64,000 nt of DNA from NCBI GenBank assembly GCA_963666285.1, contig OY762711.1. One strand, written 5' to 3'. A program made the translations under genes and the position numbers. Numbering within the stretch: the first letter of the stretch is position 1; every line of letters starts with the position of its first letter. Below are positions 10,810-21,579 of the stretch, one piece after another. A model generated the notes under the pieces. It saw only the letters and a program-made list of their open reading frames with translations. It was not told the origin of the DNA and did not search any database. The stretch is from Sedimentisphaerales bacterium (GTDB lineage: Bacteria; Planctomycetota; Phycisphaerae; Sedimentisphaerales; SM23-30).

Positions 10810-13800
10810 TTATTCTCCAGCGGGACTTATATCTTCAGCACCTATCTCGGATCTATTACTGTCAGTAATTATCTCGGAATTCTTATCTTCCGGTTTAGCT
10901 TCAGACTTTTTCCCTTCCTGAACAATCACAGGAGCATTTTCCTGACTTACTGTAACTGGAAACTTAATATCTGATGATCGAAGATGCAAATCTCGCTGCG
11001 GGAATGCAATTTCAATATTGTTCTTCCTGAACTCAGCATCAATATCACAATTTATCTTATGCCAGACCTTTAGATAATCATCAATATCCGATATATATAC
11101 CCTCAACTCAAAATCAAGGGTACTATCACCAAAGCCGGTGAAGATAACCTTCGGCTTCGGGTCTTCCTGGGATACTTTCTTACATGATCGAGCTATCTTA
11201 AATAGCGTCTCTTCTACCCTCTTTATATCTGAACCATAAGCAACGCCAACATTAAAATCTATACGCAAAACCTCATCTGAAAGTGTCCAGTTAATCAGTC
11301 TGCCGGTAATGAATTCCTTATTTGGAACTAAAAGTTCCTTCCTGTCCCATTTTACTATCGTTGTTGCACGAATCTTTATCTGGCTGACCTGGCCGCTGAC
11401 ATCGCCAATAGTAACATAATCACCAACTCTAACCGGCTGCTCAAACAATATAATCAAACCTGAAATAAAATTCGCAAATATCTCCTGTAAACCAAAACCT
11501 AAACCAACCGAAACCGCCGCAATCAGCCATTGTACCGTTTGCCATCGTAAACCTAATGCCGCACAAGCGTAAATCACACCGGCAATAGTAATGATGTATT
11601 TCACCATTGTAGTAAAGGCAAATCTGGTACCAGATGCTATCTCAAGTTTCTGCAGGATAAAGATTTCCATCAAACCAGGAATATTTTTGGAGGTAAATAT
11701 GGTCAGAATTATTATGATAACCGCTTTAAAGGTACTACCTAAAGTAATTACATTTACACCACCTAATCCATCCTCTGTACTCCCCAGCTTGATCTGCTCT
11801 ATTGCTTCCAATGCTGGTAATGTCGATTTCCATATCCACCAGAAACCGAGCAGGACAACAAACGTTGTTGCAACGTTAATAATTTGACGTGACTGCTTTG
11901 AAAGATTCAGAATTGAATCATGAATTTCGTCAAATTTCACCTCTACGCTATCTGCTTTTTCCTGATTTTCCTGCTTCTGCTGCAAATATTTCTTGAGTAC
12001 AAGTCTTCTCCTGGAAACGTATAACCATCGTAATATCAACCTGTTAACAAACAATACAGCAAGGAAAAACAGCAAAGATTTTGCCAGGTGATAATGAAGA
12101 AGTCTCGCTGCGTTTATATATCCCACCATTGAAATAATACAGAAAATAAACGGAACAATTATTACCAAAATAAACCACACCCTGATAAGTTTGTGAATTC
12201 GTACGCTTGAATTCATTTCCTGCATATTACCAACAATAGAACCATTGGGATTAAAAACAATAAAAAGAAACGCGGTCACAAAAATCTGCTCAACCAAAAA
12301 TATCGACCTTAAACCGGCATTTTTAATATCCAGGTGTAATGGCAGACTTTCCAGCGTTGAATACAAAAATGTCAGGACAATAACGCAAACATAAAACCAG
12401 AGCAAATGTTTCCGAAAAGCAACCTGAGACTTTTTATCAAATTTCAGGTGAGTACATAATCCACCGGGAATTGTAAACCATCGCAACAGGAAAAACATGA
12501 GTGTTATTGTCGTAATGTTCTGTAAACCTGAATACAATTCCGAACCTGAACTAGAAGCCACAATCGATACAGAATATCTCCAGGCCAGAAAAGCCAACAA
12601 AAGAGGTACAGGTAATGCTGCAATAGTAGAAAGAAAGGTGGTATTTACAGTGTATAAGAACCTGTCTGTAGCAGCCTGTTTTATTTTTTCAGTATAACTA
12701 TTGATCCTGGAACGAAACCAGAATCTCGAAGCGGATAATATTATAATAACCAACAGCGTCATATAATATGAGACAGAATTAATTTTAAAATCTGTGACAT
12801 ATGAATTAAAGTCACGAACATATATCTTTTTATCAAATAGAGCCTTTAATGCTGATAGTGTATGCTTGATCTGATTCTTCTCGAAAGATGACCTGCTCTT
12901 AATCCAGAGAAGATTTTTTTCAATCAACATACTATATTCCTGAACAATATCGATAAGATCACGTTCTTCAGCATCTAACTGAGCCAGAGAGCTTAAATAA
13001 TTAATATAATCCCCTGATATCATACTCAGCAATTGCCTTTCCTGTTCAAGGTACTGCTTCAACTCATCAAGATACCTGCCATATTCAGAATCATTTTTTG
13101 TGATATCTACACGGGCGAGCATTTCTTCAGCTCTAGCTTCAATATTTAACAACTCTGTCCATTTAGCATCAGTAGTATGCCATTCAAGCTGTGCAGATGA
13201 AATTAAATCAAATCGTAACTTGATATTCTTTGAATACTGCTTGATTTCCGGAAGATTATCTTTCTTGGTCTGAAGAAGCATTCCCATTGTACTGGTAACT
13301 TTTTCAGTTTTACCGATAAGTTCTTTTGTCTTTGTGAAATCACCCTCAGTCTGAGTTTTTAATGATGATATCTGATTTAACTCTTTTGTTACAGACTCGA
13401 TTTTTTTCAACAAACCAGCTTGAGTTTCCGTCAACCTGCCTATTTCCTGTGCAACTTCTTTTGCGGCATCATTAGAATATTTCGCCTGCTGAGCAGTAGA
13501 TTGAGCCTCCTGCTTTACCTGCTGCAGATTTCTTTTGCGGATTTGATTTACCACACCCTGCCAGTTCTCAACCTTCTTTTCATTAGCCGCCAAAATTTTA
13601 GCAGCCAGTTCTCTACGAAGCGGAAGCACAGTTTTTGCTGCTTCGTATGCTTTCATTTCTTCCTGTAAAGTTTCTATCTGGACTCTATTAAGCTGAATCT
13701 TTACTTGATTTTTTAAGAAGTCAATATATGCTAAGCCGTTTTGTGCTGTTATATCTACAGGAGGTTTGAGACTGGTAAGAGATGAAAGAGACTCAGTCGC

Positions 13801-14340
13801 TTTTGAAATAGCTTCAGGTATTTCAGTAGTTCTTTTTGCCCTGCGCTGCGGCTCGTTCTCAAATTTAGCACTGATCTGCTTGGCATTATTAAAGTCCAGC
13901 TGGACCTGTGCCAGTTTACTCTCCGCTTCAGAAATAGTCAGTTCTTCACTTACCTTTTCTGCCGGTATCTCTTTTTTAGCATCTGCAATCTGCTTTTCCA
14001 GCTGCTCTTTATCAGCCGGAGCGTTTTTTTGCATCTGGATATAATTAGTCCTCTGAGCTTCCAGCTCTTTTATCTGCTCCAGATCTTTAATGACCTGATT
14101 ATATCCTGCCTCAAAACGAGCCAGATCTTCCGGTGACACATTTGCCTGAGCTGTAAAATCTTTTTTAAGCTGATTTACCTGATCAATAGTAACGACTACT
14201 ACCTCATCGCTTATTCCATTAGCAGCAAGTGAGAGAGTATTGCTATTGGCATCAGTATCCTGTCCAAAACTGACAGCAGGATTTATTACCAGCAACAACA
14301 ACAGACATAGAAACAATGCTGACCTAATTATTTTCACCAT
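10810..14340 (-). CDS. MscK-like large mechanosensitive channel
   Basis: Signal peptide, long coiled-coil periplasmic region, TM block, GLGFGLQEIFANFISG and IEIAFPQRDLH. Confidence 0.9.
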   Translation of the reverse strand: MVKIIRSALFLCLLLLLVINPAVSFGQDTDANSNTLSLAANGISDEVVVVTIDQVNQLKKDFTAQANVSPEDLARFEAGYNQVIKDLEQIKELEAQRTNYIQMQKNAPADKEQLEKQIADAKKEIPAEKVSEELTISEAESKLAQVQLDFNNAKQISAKFENEPQRRAKRTTEIPEAISKATESLSSLTSLKPPVDITAQNGLAYIDFLKNQVKIQLNRVQIETLQEEMKAYEAAKTVLPLRRELAAKILAANEKKVENWQGVVNQIRKRNLQQVKQEAQSTAQQAKYSNDAAKEVAQEIGRLTETQAGLLKKIESVTKELNQISSLKTQTEGDFTKTKELIGKTEKVTSTMGMLLQTKKDNLPEIKQYSKNIKLRFDLISSAQLEWHTTDAKWTELLNIEARAEEMLARVDITKNDSEYGRYLDELKQYLEQERQLLSMISGDYINYLSSLAQLDAEERDLIDIVQEYSMLIEKNLLWIKSRSSFEKNQIKHTLSALKALFDKKIYVRDFNSYVTDFKINSVSYYMTLLVIIILSASRFWFRSRINSYTEKIKQAATDRFLYTVNTTFLSTIAALPVPLLLAFLAWRYSVSIVASSSGSELYSGLQNITTITLMFFLLRWFTIPGGLCTHLKFDKKSQVAFRKHLLWFYVCVIVLTFLYSTLESLPLHLDIKNAGLRSIFLVEQIFVTAFLFIVFNPNGSIVGNMQEMNSSVRIHKLIRVWFILVIIVPFIFCIISMVGYINAARLLHYHLAKSLLFFLAVLFVNRLILRWLYVSRRRLVLKKYLQQKQENQEKADSVEVKFDEIHDSILNLSKQSRQIINVATTFVVLLGFWWIWKSTLPALEAIEQIKLGSTEDGLGGVNVITLGSTFKAVIIIILTIFTSKNIPGLMEIFILQKLEIASGTRFAFTTMVKYIITIAGVIYACAALGLRWQTVQWLIAAVSVGLGFGLQEIFANFISGLIILFEQPVRVGDYVTIGDVSGQVSQIKIRATTIVKWDRKELLVPNKEFITGRLINWTLSDEVLRIDFNVGVAYGSDIKRVEETLFKIARSCKKVSQEDPKPKVIFTGFGDSTLDFELRVYISDIDDYLKVWHKINCDIDAEFRKNNIEIAFPQRDLHLRSSDIKFPVTVSQENAPVIVQEGKKSEAKPEDKNSEIITDSNRSEIGAEDISPAGE

Positions 14341-14387
14341 ATTACTCCTCGTATAATAAATACCGGAAGGTTAAGAGTACCAAAGAA

Positions 14388-15464
14388 TTAAAACCACTTA
14401 TTCCTCTTGAAAAGGTATAACATTATAATAGTCATTACAAACATAATACCCCAGACGGAAGGATATCCCCATTTCCACCCCAGCTCTGGCATATTCACAA
14501 AATTCATCCCGTAAATTCCCGCAATGAAAGTCAGTGGAATAAATATTGTGGCAATTATTGTAAGAACCTTCATTACTGAATTCATCTTATGACTTACACT
14601 AGACAGGTAAAGGTCCAGTAAACTGGAAACCATTTCACGGAAGGTGTCCACTGAATCTGCAACCCCGTTCGAATGATCAAAAACATCCGACATATATGGC
14701 ATAACAGTGTCACTGAAAAAATCAGTCTCACTCTTTGCCAGTGAGCCAAGCATCTCTCGCGATGCCCAGTTCGCCTTTCGTAGAATATGTAAATCACCTT
14801 TTATACTATGAATCTTCTGAACTATATCCGGCTGCGGGTTTACAAAAACCTGGTCTTCGAGCTTTTCGATTAATTCAGCTTCAGTTTCAAGTATTGAGTA
14901 ATAACTGTCTACAATTGCATCCAGTAAACTGTAGGCCATATAGTCGGTCGAAAGCTTCCTGATCCTTCCTTTATCATTTCTTATCCTGTTTCTGATTGAA
15001 TCAAAAACATCACCGGGCTGCTCCTGAAAAGTAATAACCACATTATCAATAAGAATAATACTTACCTGCTCAGATTTAATAGTTTGATTATCAGTATCAT
15101 ATGACAGCATCTTTAAAACAATAAATAAATAATCACCAAAATCCTCATACTTAGGCCGCTGTCCGGTATTGACAATATCTTCAAGTACGAGTGGATGAAT
15201 ATTATACTTTTTACCGATCACCTGAATAACTGACACATCATGCAGGCCGTCTATATTTATCCAGTTGACACAATCACTTTTGACATAATCTGAAATAGTG
15301 TCGATTGTGACATCTTCTTGTTCAAATACACTATCCTTATTATAGGATATTGAGGTAATAAAAACTTTTTCAGTTTTCTTTTCTCCAACATGAACCATCG
15401 TCCCAGGAGGCATACCTGCTTTTTTTGACTGTCTCGTTATTTTCTTGTTCAAATGCCAGTTCAT
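14388..15464 (-). CDS. corA: CorA Mg2+/Co2+ transporter
   Basis: GIYGMNF..MPEL signature; HPLVLEDI. Confidence 0.95.
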   Translation of the reverse strand: MNWHLNKKITRQSKKAGMPPGTMVHVGEKKTEKVFITSISYNKDSVFEQEDVTIDTISDYVKSDCVNWINIDGLHDVSVIQVIGKKYNIHPLVLEDIVNTGQRPKYEDFGDYLFIVLKMLSYDTDNQTIKSEQVSIILIDNVVITFQEQPGDVFDSIRNRIRNDKGRIRKLSTDYMAYSLLDAIVDSYYSILETEAELIEKLEDQVFVNPQPDIVQKIHSIKGDLHILRKANWASREMLGSLAKSETDFFSDTVMPYMSDVFDHSNGVADSVDTFREMVSSLLDLYLSSVSHKMNSVMKVLTIIATIFIPLTFIAGIYGMNFVNMPELGWKWGYPSVWGIMFVMTIIMLYLFKRNKWF

Positions 15465-15477
15465 AACAATACCTGTA

Positions 15478-16566
15478 TTAAGCTAATGTTTGTTTTTCCA
15501 TTTCGACACGCAGCTTTGGAAGTTTATCTGAATGATTTTCATTTATAAATTTAACAAGCTTTTCTCTCACTTCGCACCTTAAATTCCATGCCGTCGGCCC
15601 GTCACAGGCACTCATAAGAGCACGCAGCTCGATTGTCTTTTCTGTAGTATTAGTAACTTGCAGCACGCAGCACTTTTTATCCCAATACTCCGACCCTTCA
15701 AGAATAATCCGCAACTGATCGCGAATATCATCTATAGGTGCATTATAATCCGCATACACAAATACTGAGCCCAGTAGATCAGCCGATGTCCTGGTCCAGT
15801 TTTGAAAAGGTCTTTCAATAAAATATGTTATCGGCACAATAAGCCTGCGCAGATCCCAGATTCTCACTACAACGTAAGTTAAATTGATTTCTTCTATCCA
15901 ACCCCATTCGTTTTCCACAATTACAACATCATCTATCCGTATTGGCTGGGTAAATGCTATCTGAAGCCCGGCGATAAACGTAGCAATAGTTTTTTGAGCC
16001 GCCATACCAACAACAATACTCAATATCCCGGCAGAAGCCAAAATCGTTGTGCCAAGCTGCCTGACTCTCTCAAAAGTCATCAATATTGTACCAAGAGCAA
16101 CAATGAAAACTATAACAAGAATAATCCTCCTTGTAACCTTTAGCTGAGTATGAACTTTCCTGGCTTTCAGATTATCTTTTCGGCCAACATCGAACCGGGC
16201 TAATACCACCTCCTCAATAACACTGGTTAACCTGATAATCAGCCAGGATATAACTACAATAAGTAGTATTGCAACTAACTGTTTAGCTGCTTTTTCAATA
16301 TCCTGCGGAAACTTGGCAAGCGTAATAAATAGATTAAAAGAGAATAGGATAATCATCCACTGCAGCGGCTGCCTGCATTTTCTTAATACAGAATTAGATA
16401 AGGCAAAAGTTTCGCTTTTACCAAACTTCTTGAGAATATATGAACTTACAAGCAGGGCTGCTGCTACAAGCCCGGCGAATACTATTACCTGAAACATATA
16501 CTGACTTAGATATTCATATAAATTTTCCATAGCACCGTCACCATCATAATTTCTTTTATTAAACAC
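15478..16566 (-). CDS. MscS-family mechanosensitive channel
   Basis: AGLQIAFTQPIRIDDVV..WGWIEEI..FQNW. Confidence 0.9.
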   Translation of the reverse strand: MFNKRNYDGDGAMENLYEYLSQYMFQVIVFAGLVAAALLVSSYILKKFGKSETFALSNSVLRKCRQPLQWMIILFSFNLFITLAKFPQDIEKAAKQLVAILLIVVISWLIIRLTSVIEEVVLARFDVGRKDNLKARKVHTQLKVTRRIILVIVFIVALGTILMTFERVRQLGTTILASAGILSIVVGMAAQKTIATFIAGLQIAFTQPIRIDDVVIVENEWGWIEEINLTYVVVRIWDLRRLIVPITYFIERPFQNWTRTSADLLGSVFVYADYNAPIDDIRDQLRIILEGSEYWDKKCCVLQVTNTTEKTIELRALMSACDGPTAWNLRCEVREKLVKFINENHSDKLPKLRVEMEKQTLA

Positions 16567-16718
16567 ACTTACCTGCTGGAAAGCGGACAGTTGCTTCTAA
16601 TAATTATATGCCTCTGATAAAATGATAAGCAAATAAAAACGGCTCTGCAAGAGTTAACTTAAAACGCTTGAAAAAACTGACAAAACCAGAAATTGCAGGA
16701 TAATTCCATCATAATCAT

Positions 16719-18863
16719 CTACAAAGACCTGATCAGCATTGCCAGAAGCAGGCTGCGGTCTATTATGCTCGCACGCACAATCTTTTCTTTCCTGCTTTCA
16801 TCCCATTCACCAAGCGGCCCCATCCCGCCAATTCGCGGTTTATCTCCTTTTACATTACATAACTCAGATGACGACCAGCGATGCTCCGGTTTTACCCTTA
16901 CATCAATAGACTTGGCAACAGATTTAGTAGCCTCAAATAAAGCGTCATTTTTGTCACATTGCGGCATAGGTAACCGATGTATGCCGCCATCAAAAATTAC
17001 CTCTATATCTTTCTTAAGTTTACCGGGAGAAGCCAGCTTACGGACACGTTTATCAATACTGTCGAAAGATTCCAGGCAGTTAAACCTTACACTCAACCCG
17101 GCAGAGCCGAAAGCCGTAGCCCGAAAAATATTTGACTTAAACGAGATATCATATGGTGATATCACAACCGTATCATCATTTTGCGATAGTTCACTGATAT
17201 TCATCAAAGTTTTATTGAACAGAGTTGAAACAGAGACAACTTTTTCCGGTTCGATATTATTTTTTAACCTGATTGTATATCGATATGAAGCAGAACCCGA
17301 ACGCGATGTTACAATACCTCCATCCATTGTGCCTCCGTGCATACCAATAATATAGTTTGCATTTAATGACTTAGCATCTATTGCCGGGCCGGAATATTTC
17401 CCGTTCAGGGTATCATCTGTCGATAGCATAATGCCAACTTTTTTCTTCTTTAAGCTGCGAGCAAATTTAAGAGCCTGAAGAGCCGCTACACAAACAGCAA
17501 TTCCACCTTTATTGTCCCAGATACCGGTGCCGGAAATATACCTGTCAGATTCAGAGTAATACAAATGATTGGAAATCCCTACCCTGGTATCAAGAGAAAG
17601 CATAATAAGTACATCCAGATGTTCATCATAAGAATTGGTAAAAAACATAGGATTACCAACTTCAATCTGCGGGTATACCTGATATGTAAAACCAAGCTGG
17701 CTAAGCTCTGACTGTACCATCTGGGAACATTTATTTACACCTTCTGTATTACGGACATATGTATTAATATTTACAAGCTTCTTTAAAAATTTCTCTGTCT
17801 GCGGCTGCCGACCTCGCAGGAAAGTTCTCAACCTGCTGTGCAGCGGTGTCTTTACTGATTTGGGGCTTGGTGTTTCAGCCGGAAAGTCTGTAAAATAGCG
17901 AATCGTCGCGACATCAAGCATTTTTGTCACCATCGACTGATAATCATAACCGGCAACCTGGGCAGCATTGAAATACGAGCCTGTCAGGCCAAGACTGGCC
18001 ATCGAGTTAATCTCCAGCAAGAAAATGTTATCCTGTTGGTCCATACGAATATCTACCCTGGCGAAATCACGGAGGTCAAGAGCCTTAAACGCATCCCTAC
18101 TTAATTTAGCCATCTTTTCAGCTATCTCTTCGGATATATTCGCAGGACATATTTTATTGCGAGGTCGCTGTTTCTTATCACCCTCGGTCTGGATAGCATC
18201 GGGGTCATTTTCAAGATCTATTTCAAGAACCGGAAAGGTCTCAACCGGTGAGTTCCCCAATATCCCGACGCAAAATTCCCTACCTCTGATAAATTGTTCA
18301 ACCAGGGCCTGCTGTTGAAACTCAGTAATAATAAAATGGACAGCCTCCTTCAAATCCTGCTCGTTATAAACAACCTTCAAGCCAAAAGAAACGCTCTCCA
18401 TCTTGGGCTTTACTATCACAGGATACTTAACCGACGACATATCATCATTAGGCGTGCTGAATACCCAATAGTCAGGAGTAGGTAATCCGTTATTTTTCCA
18501 GATAACTTTGGTCAAAACTTTATCAAGGGCAAGTGCATGTCCGGCAGGTGAGGAACCGACGTAAGGTATTCCCAGCATTTCCAGTAGTGACGGGATATGC
18601 GTGTATCTGCATTCTCCCTGGATACCATAAGCCATATTAAAGACCATACCCATTTGTTCGCCTTCGATCACTCTGGGCATAAATTCTTCGAGCCTCTCGA
18701 TAATATATTTATTACCGTCAAGAACCGCGACATTATGCCCAACATTCTCCAGGCATTTCGCAACCCTGAGTACAGTTTTTTCTGAATAAGTTTCCTTATT
18801 CTGCATTCCAAGCTGGTTAATAACACCACTCATATCCTTGTTGTGAATGATAGCGACTTTCAT
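16719..18863 (-). CDS. D-Ala-D-Ala-ligase-like ATP-grasp fused to an M20 peptidase-like domain
   Basis: N-half: GIPYVGS..ALDK, VIVKP, VEQFIRGRE, RVDIR, LEIN. C-half: M20-like (LVNINT, GTGIWDNKGG). Confidence 0.8.
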   Translation of the reverse strand: MKVAIIHNKDMSGVINQLGMQNKETYSEKTVLRVAKCLENVGHNVAVLDGNKYIIERLEEFMPRVIEGEQMGMVFNMAYGIQGECRYTHIPSLLEMLGIPYVGSSPAGHALALDKVLTKVIWKNNGLPTPDYWVFSTPNDDMSSVKYPVIVKPKMESVSFGLKVVYNEQDLKEAVHFIITEFQQQALVEQFIRGREFCVGILGNSPVETFPVLEIDLENDPDAIQTEGDKKQRPRNKICPANISEEIAEKMAKLSRDAFKALDLRDFARVDIRMDQQDNIFLLEINSMASLGLTGSYFNAAQVAGYDYQSMVTKMLDVATIRYFTDFPAETPSPKSVKTPLHSRLRTFLRGRQPQTEKFLKKLVNINTYVRNTEGVNKCSQMVQSELSQLGFTYQVYPQIEVGNPMFFTNSYDEHLDVLIMLSLDTRVGISNHLYYSESDRYISGTGIWDNKGGIAVCVAALQALKFARSLKKKKVGIMLSTDDTLNGKYSGPAIDAKSLNANYIIGMHGGTMDGGIVTSRSGSASYRYTIRLKNNIEPEKVVSVSTLFNKTLMNISELSQNDDTVVISPYDISFKSNIFRATAFGSAGLSVRFNCLESFDSIDKRVRKLASPGKLKKDIEVIFDGGIHRLPMPQCDKNDALFEATKSVAKSIDVRVKPEHRWSSSELCNVKGDKPRIGGMGPLGEWDESRKEKIVRASIIDRSLLLAMLIRSL

Positions 18864-18924
18864 AATTCACCTTTACTATTTGACTTCGCCCGGTCGAGCT
18901 TAAAACCTCTTTCCAAAGACATCT

Positions 18925-19533
18925 CTAAACTGAATTTTCATCAATAAGCCCGCAAATATTCAAAAAATTCTGCATTATTTTTATACCATCCTTACCGGAA
19001 ACTTCCGGATGTGACTGGAAACCATAAACAGGTTTATCCTTATGTTTGAATATTTCGATCGGACAAGCCTGGGAATATCCCAACAGCTCAAAACCTATCG
19101 GCATTTTACTCACACAATGATGATGCTTTTCCCGAAGCATAATTTCAGTCTTATCAATGCCGGCAAATATTGGATCATCCGGCCTGGTTATTGTTACTTT
19201 TTCCATCTTCTGCTGGGGAACAGCCATTCTCTTTACCCGGCCCTGCCAGGCAACCGCAAGAATCTCAAAACCAAGACAAAAACCTATTATAGGAACATCA
19301 TAGTTCATAATAGCGACAAAATTTGCCGTCAAATTCAGCGGTTCCCAAGGGGTACCTTTTCCACCGGAAAGAATTATACCTTGCACCTGTGTATTTTGAG
19401 GCACAATAACAGGCTGGTTGTGGTCAAAAAACATAACATCAAAATCATGCTCACTTAGAAAGTTACGCTTGAATTTCTTTATAAAGCTGCTCTGATTGTC
19501 TATTACGATAAGCATAACCATACCATCTTTCAA
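18925..19533 (-). CDS. Class I glutamine amidotransferase
   Basis: ILSGG, GFCLG (catalytic Cys), FQSHPE (His-Glu). Confidence 0.85.
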   Translation of the reverse strand: MKDGMVMLIVIDNQSSFIKKFKRNFLSEHDFDVMFFDHNQPVIVPQNTQVQGIILSGGKGTPWEPLNLTANFVAIMNYDVPIIGFCLGFEILAVAWQGRVKRMAVPQQKMEKVTITRPDDPIFAGIDKTEIMLREKHHHCVSKMPIGFELLGYSQACPIEIFKHKDKPVYGFQSHPEVSGKDGIKIMQNFLNICGLIDENSV

Positions 19534-19735
19534 TAGAGGTAAATCGATTAACTATAGACAGATTACTATATCCAGTCGGAATTCTAGTCTTTTTGATCGG
19601 CATGTCTATAGTAATATTTGTTTTTTTGAAAAACGATAAAGCAATATTTCTATTACATTATACTTTAAGCTAGAATCATTCCAACATGAAGTAAAACGAT
19701 AAAAATCTGTTTTGGTTCAGCAGCTTTGATAAATG

Positions 19736-20848
19736 CTAACCTTTAGGTTCAATCGTCTTGCCTGTATATTCCAATATGCCAATAAGAACCAGAATCATGA
19801 TAGTCTGGACGAAAATGAGTATCATTCCAAATGTTGATACCTGATGCAAAATCGTAGCCCCCAATCCGGTAACAGCGGTCGTAAGATAAATAGTCAGAAC
19901 CGCAGTTCTCTGGCTCATGCCGTGATTTGTCAACCTGTGTGAAAAATGCTGCTTGTCACCAACAAATGGACTTTTACCCTGCAGCAGGCGAATAACCACA
20001 ACAACAAAAAAGTCATATAACGGTACAGCCAATACTATCAGCGGCATAAGGGCGGCATAGCGTGGAGATGAACCTTCAGCTGAGTAATAAGTTGTCTTGA
20101 CTGAGGCAACCGCCATAAACAACCCAACCAGCAGCGAACCGGCATCACCCATAAATATCGATGCCGGGTTGAAGTTATAAAAAAGGAATCCTATCAGTGA
20201 ACCAACCACCATAGCAATAAAGCAACCCACAAATACCTGGCCGCTGGCTATCGCGGCAAAAAGTATTATACTCCCCGCAATTGCAGCAATACCGGCAGAC
20301 AAACCATCCATATTATCCAGAAAGTTAAACGAGTTTATTATTATTACTATCCATACCACAGACAGCAAAACCCGTAGAGCATAACTTTCTATAAAGAAGT
20401 CAAAACGAATATTTCCCGCAGTAGCCAGTAGTAATGCTGCCAGCAGTTGAACTGCCAGTTTGACTTTTGGACCCAATGCTTTTCTGTCATCAATCAAACC
20501 TGTAATGTGCAGAATTGTTGCTGCCAGAACAAATATCAGTAATTGAGGAGCTCGCTCTTTTAGACCGGGTAAATGAGACGCAAAAGTGCCTCCAAGAAGT
20601 TTTTCTGCAACATCTGGAGTCATCGCCAAAACAGATACACATAATATCCCCAGCGGAGCTACCACCGTCAGAAAAATTGCTATCCCGCCGCCAAGTGCAA
20701 TCGGCCTGGTATGCACCTTTCGATGGCCGGGCATATCAGCAAAACCACTTGCTATTGCCAGCTTGCGGACAACTGCTGTTAATACGGCAGAAGCGATAAG
20801 AGCGAAAACTCCTGCTGATATTATAAATGTCAGTTCTGTTATATTCAT
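19736..20848 (-). CDS. MraY/WecA-family polyprenyl-phosphate GlcNAc-1-P transferase
   Basis: GLIDD, NSFNFLDNMDGL, IFMGDAGS, HFSHRL. Confidence 0.9.
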   Translation of the reverse strand: MNITELTFIISAGVFALIASAVLTAVVRKLAIASGFADMPGHRKVHTRPIALGGGIAIFLTVVAPLGILCVSVLAMTPDVAEKLLGGTFASHLPGLKERAPQLLIFVLAATILHITGLIDDRKALGPKVKLAVQLLAALLLATAGNIRFDFFIESYALRVLLSVVWIVIIINSFNFLDNMDGLSAGIAAIAGSIILFAAIASGQVFVGCFIAMVVGSLIGFLFYNFNPASIFMGDAGSLLVGLFMAVASVKTTYYSAEGSSPRYAALMPLIVLAVPLYDFFVVVVIRLLQGKSPFVGDKQHFSHRLTNHGMSQRTAVLTIYLTTAVTGLGATILHQVSTFGMILIFVQTIMILVLIGILEYTGKTIEPKG

Positions 20849-20912
20849 AACTCTATCTGTTATTCAGCCAGAATATTTATAATTTGTCAAACAATCTTGA
20901 ATCGCAATTCGA

Positions 20913-21476
20913 TTACCAGACATCTGGCCTGTCTTTTGTAGCCTCGATATATGACTCTCGAGCTGCATTCAAAAACGGGTCATAGTCACCAGATCCATAG
21001 TCAGGATAAGTATAAGGCCAGGAATTCCATTTTTCATAGCAATAATGAAGGGTAGCCTCTGCATACATATCATTACCTATATAAACCCGATGAGAATAGT
21101 CTTTTGTCGTTACCAGTACCAGTTTACTGCTGTTAATATACCCCGGGTCGAGATTAACTGCCCGCTTTACCGCGAGCGACTGTGCAGCAGGCACTTCCTG
21201 CAAGTCCAGCTCAAGCTTATTGGATTGATGTTTTATGCCGGAAATATCCTCGGGCAAAATCAGCTTTTCAAAGGCAACAAATTTTCGCAGCAGACCTTCA
21301 CCCATTGCTTTATTGTAATATCGGGTATAGATAAACGGCATTACCTCTGACCTGACATCTATCCGGCCCCAAAGTTCTGCCATAAACTGCTCAGCCAGAT
21401 CAAACAATTGCTCATTCAGGCTCAACATGCCTACAATAAGCTTAACCGGTTTTTGTGGATATAATTTTTGAGTCAC
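20913..21476 (-). CDS. DUF4416-family protein
   Basis: YYNKAMG, RAVNLDPGY, KDYSHRVY, TYPDY. Confidence 0.75.
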   Translation of the reverse strand: MTQKLYPQKPVKLIVGMLSLNEQLFDLAEQFMAELWGRIDVRSEVMPFIYTRYYNKAMGEGLLRKFVAFEKLILPEDISGIKHQSNKLELDLQEVPAAQSLAVKRAVNLDPGYINSSKLVLVTTKDYSHRVYIGNDMYAEATLHYCYEKWNSWPYTYPDYGSGDYDPFLNAARESYIEATKDRPDVW

Positions 21477-21579
21477 GATAATCCAAAATATTGAAAAAAT
21501 GCCATATTAAAAAAGGCACAAGGACTCTTCGCCGTCCATGTGCCCTTTATATTTATTATAATAATTGTGATTAAATCAC

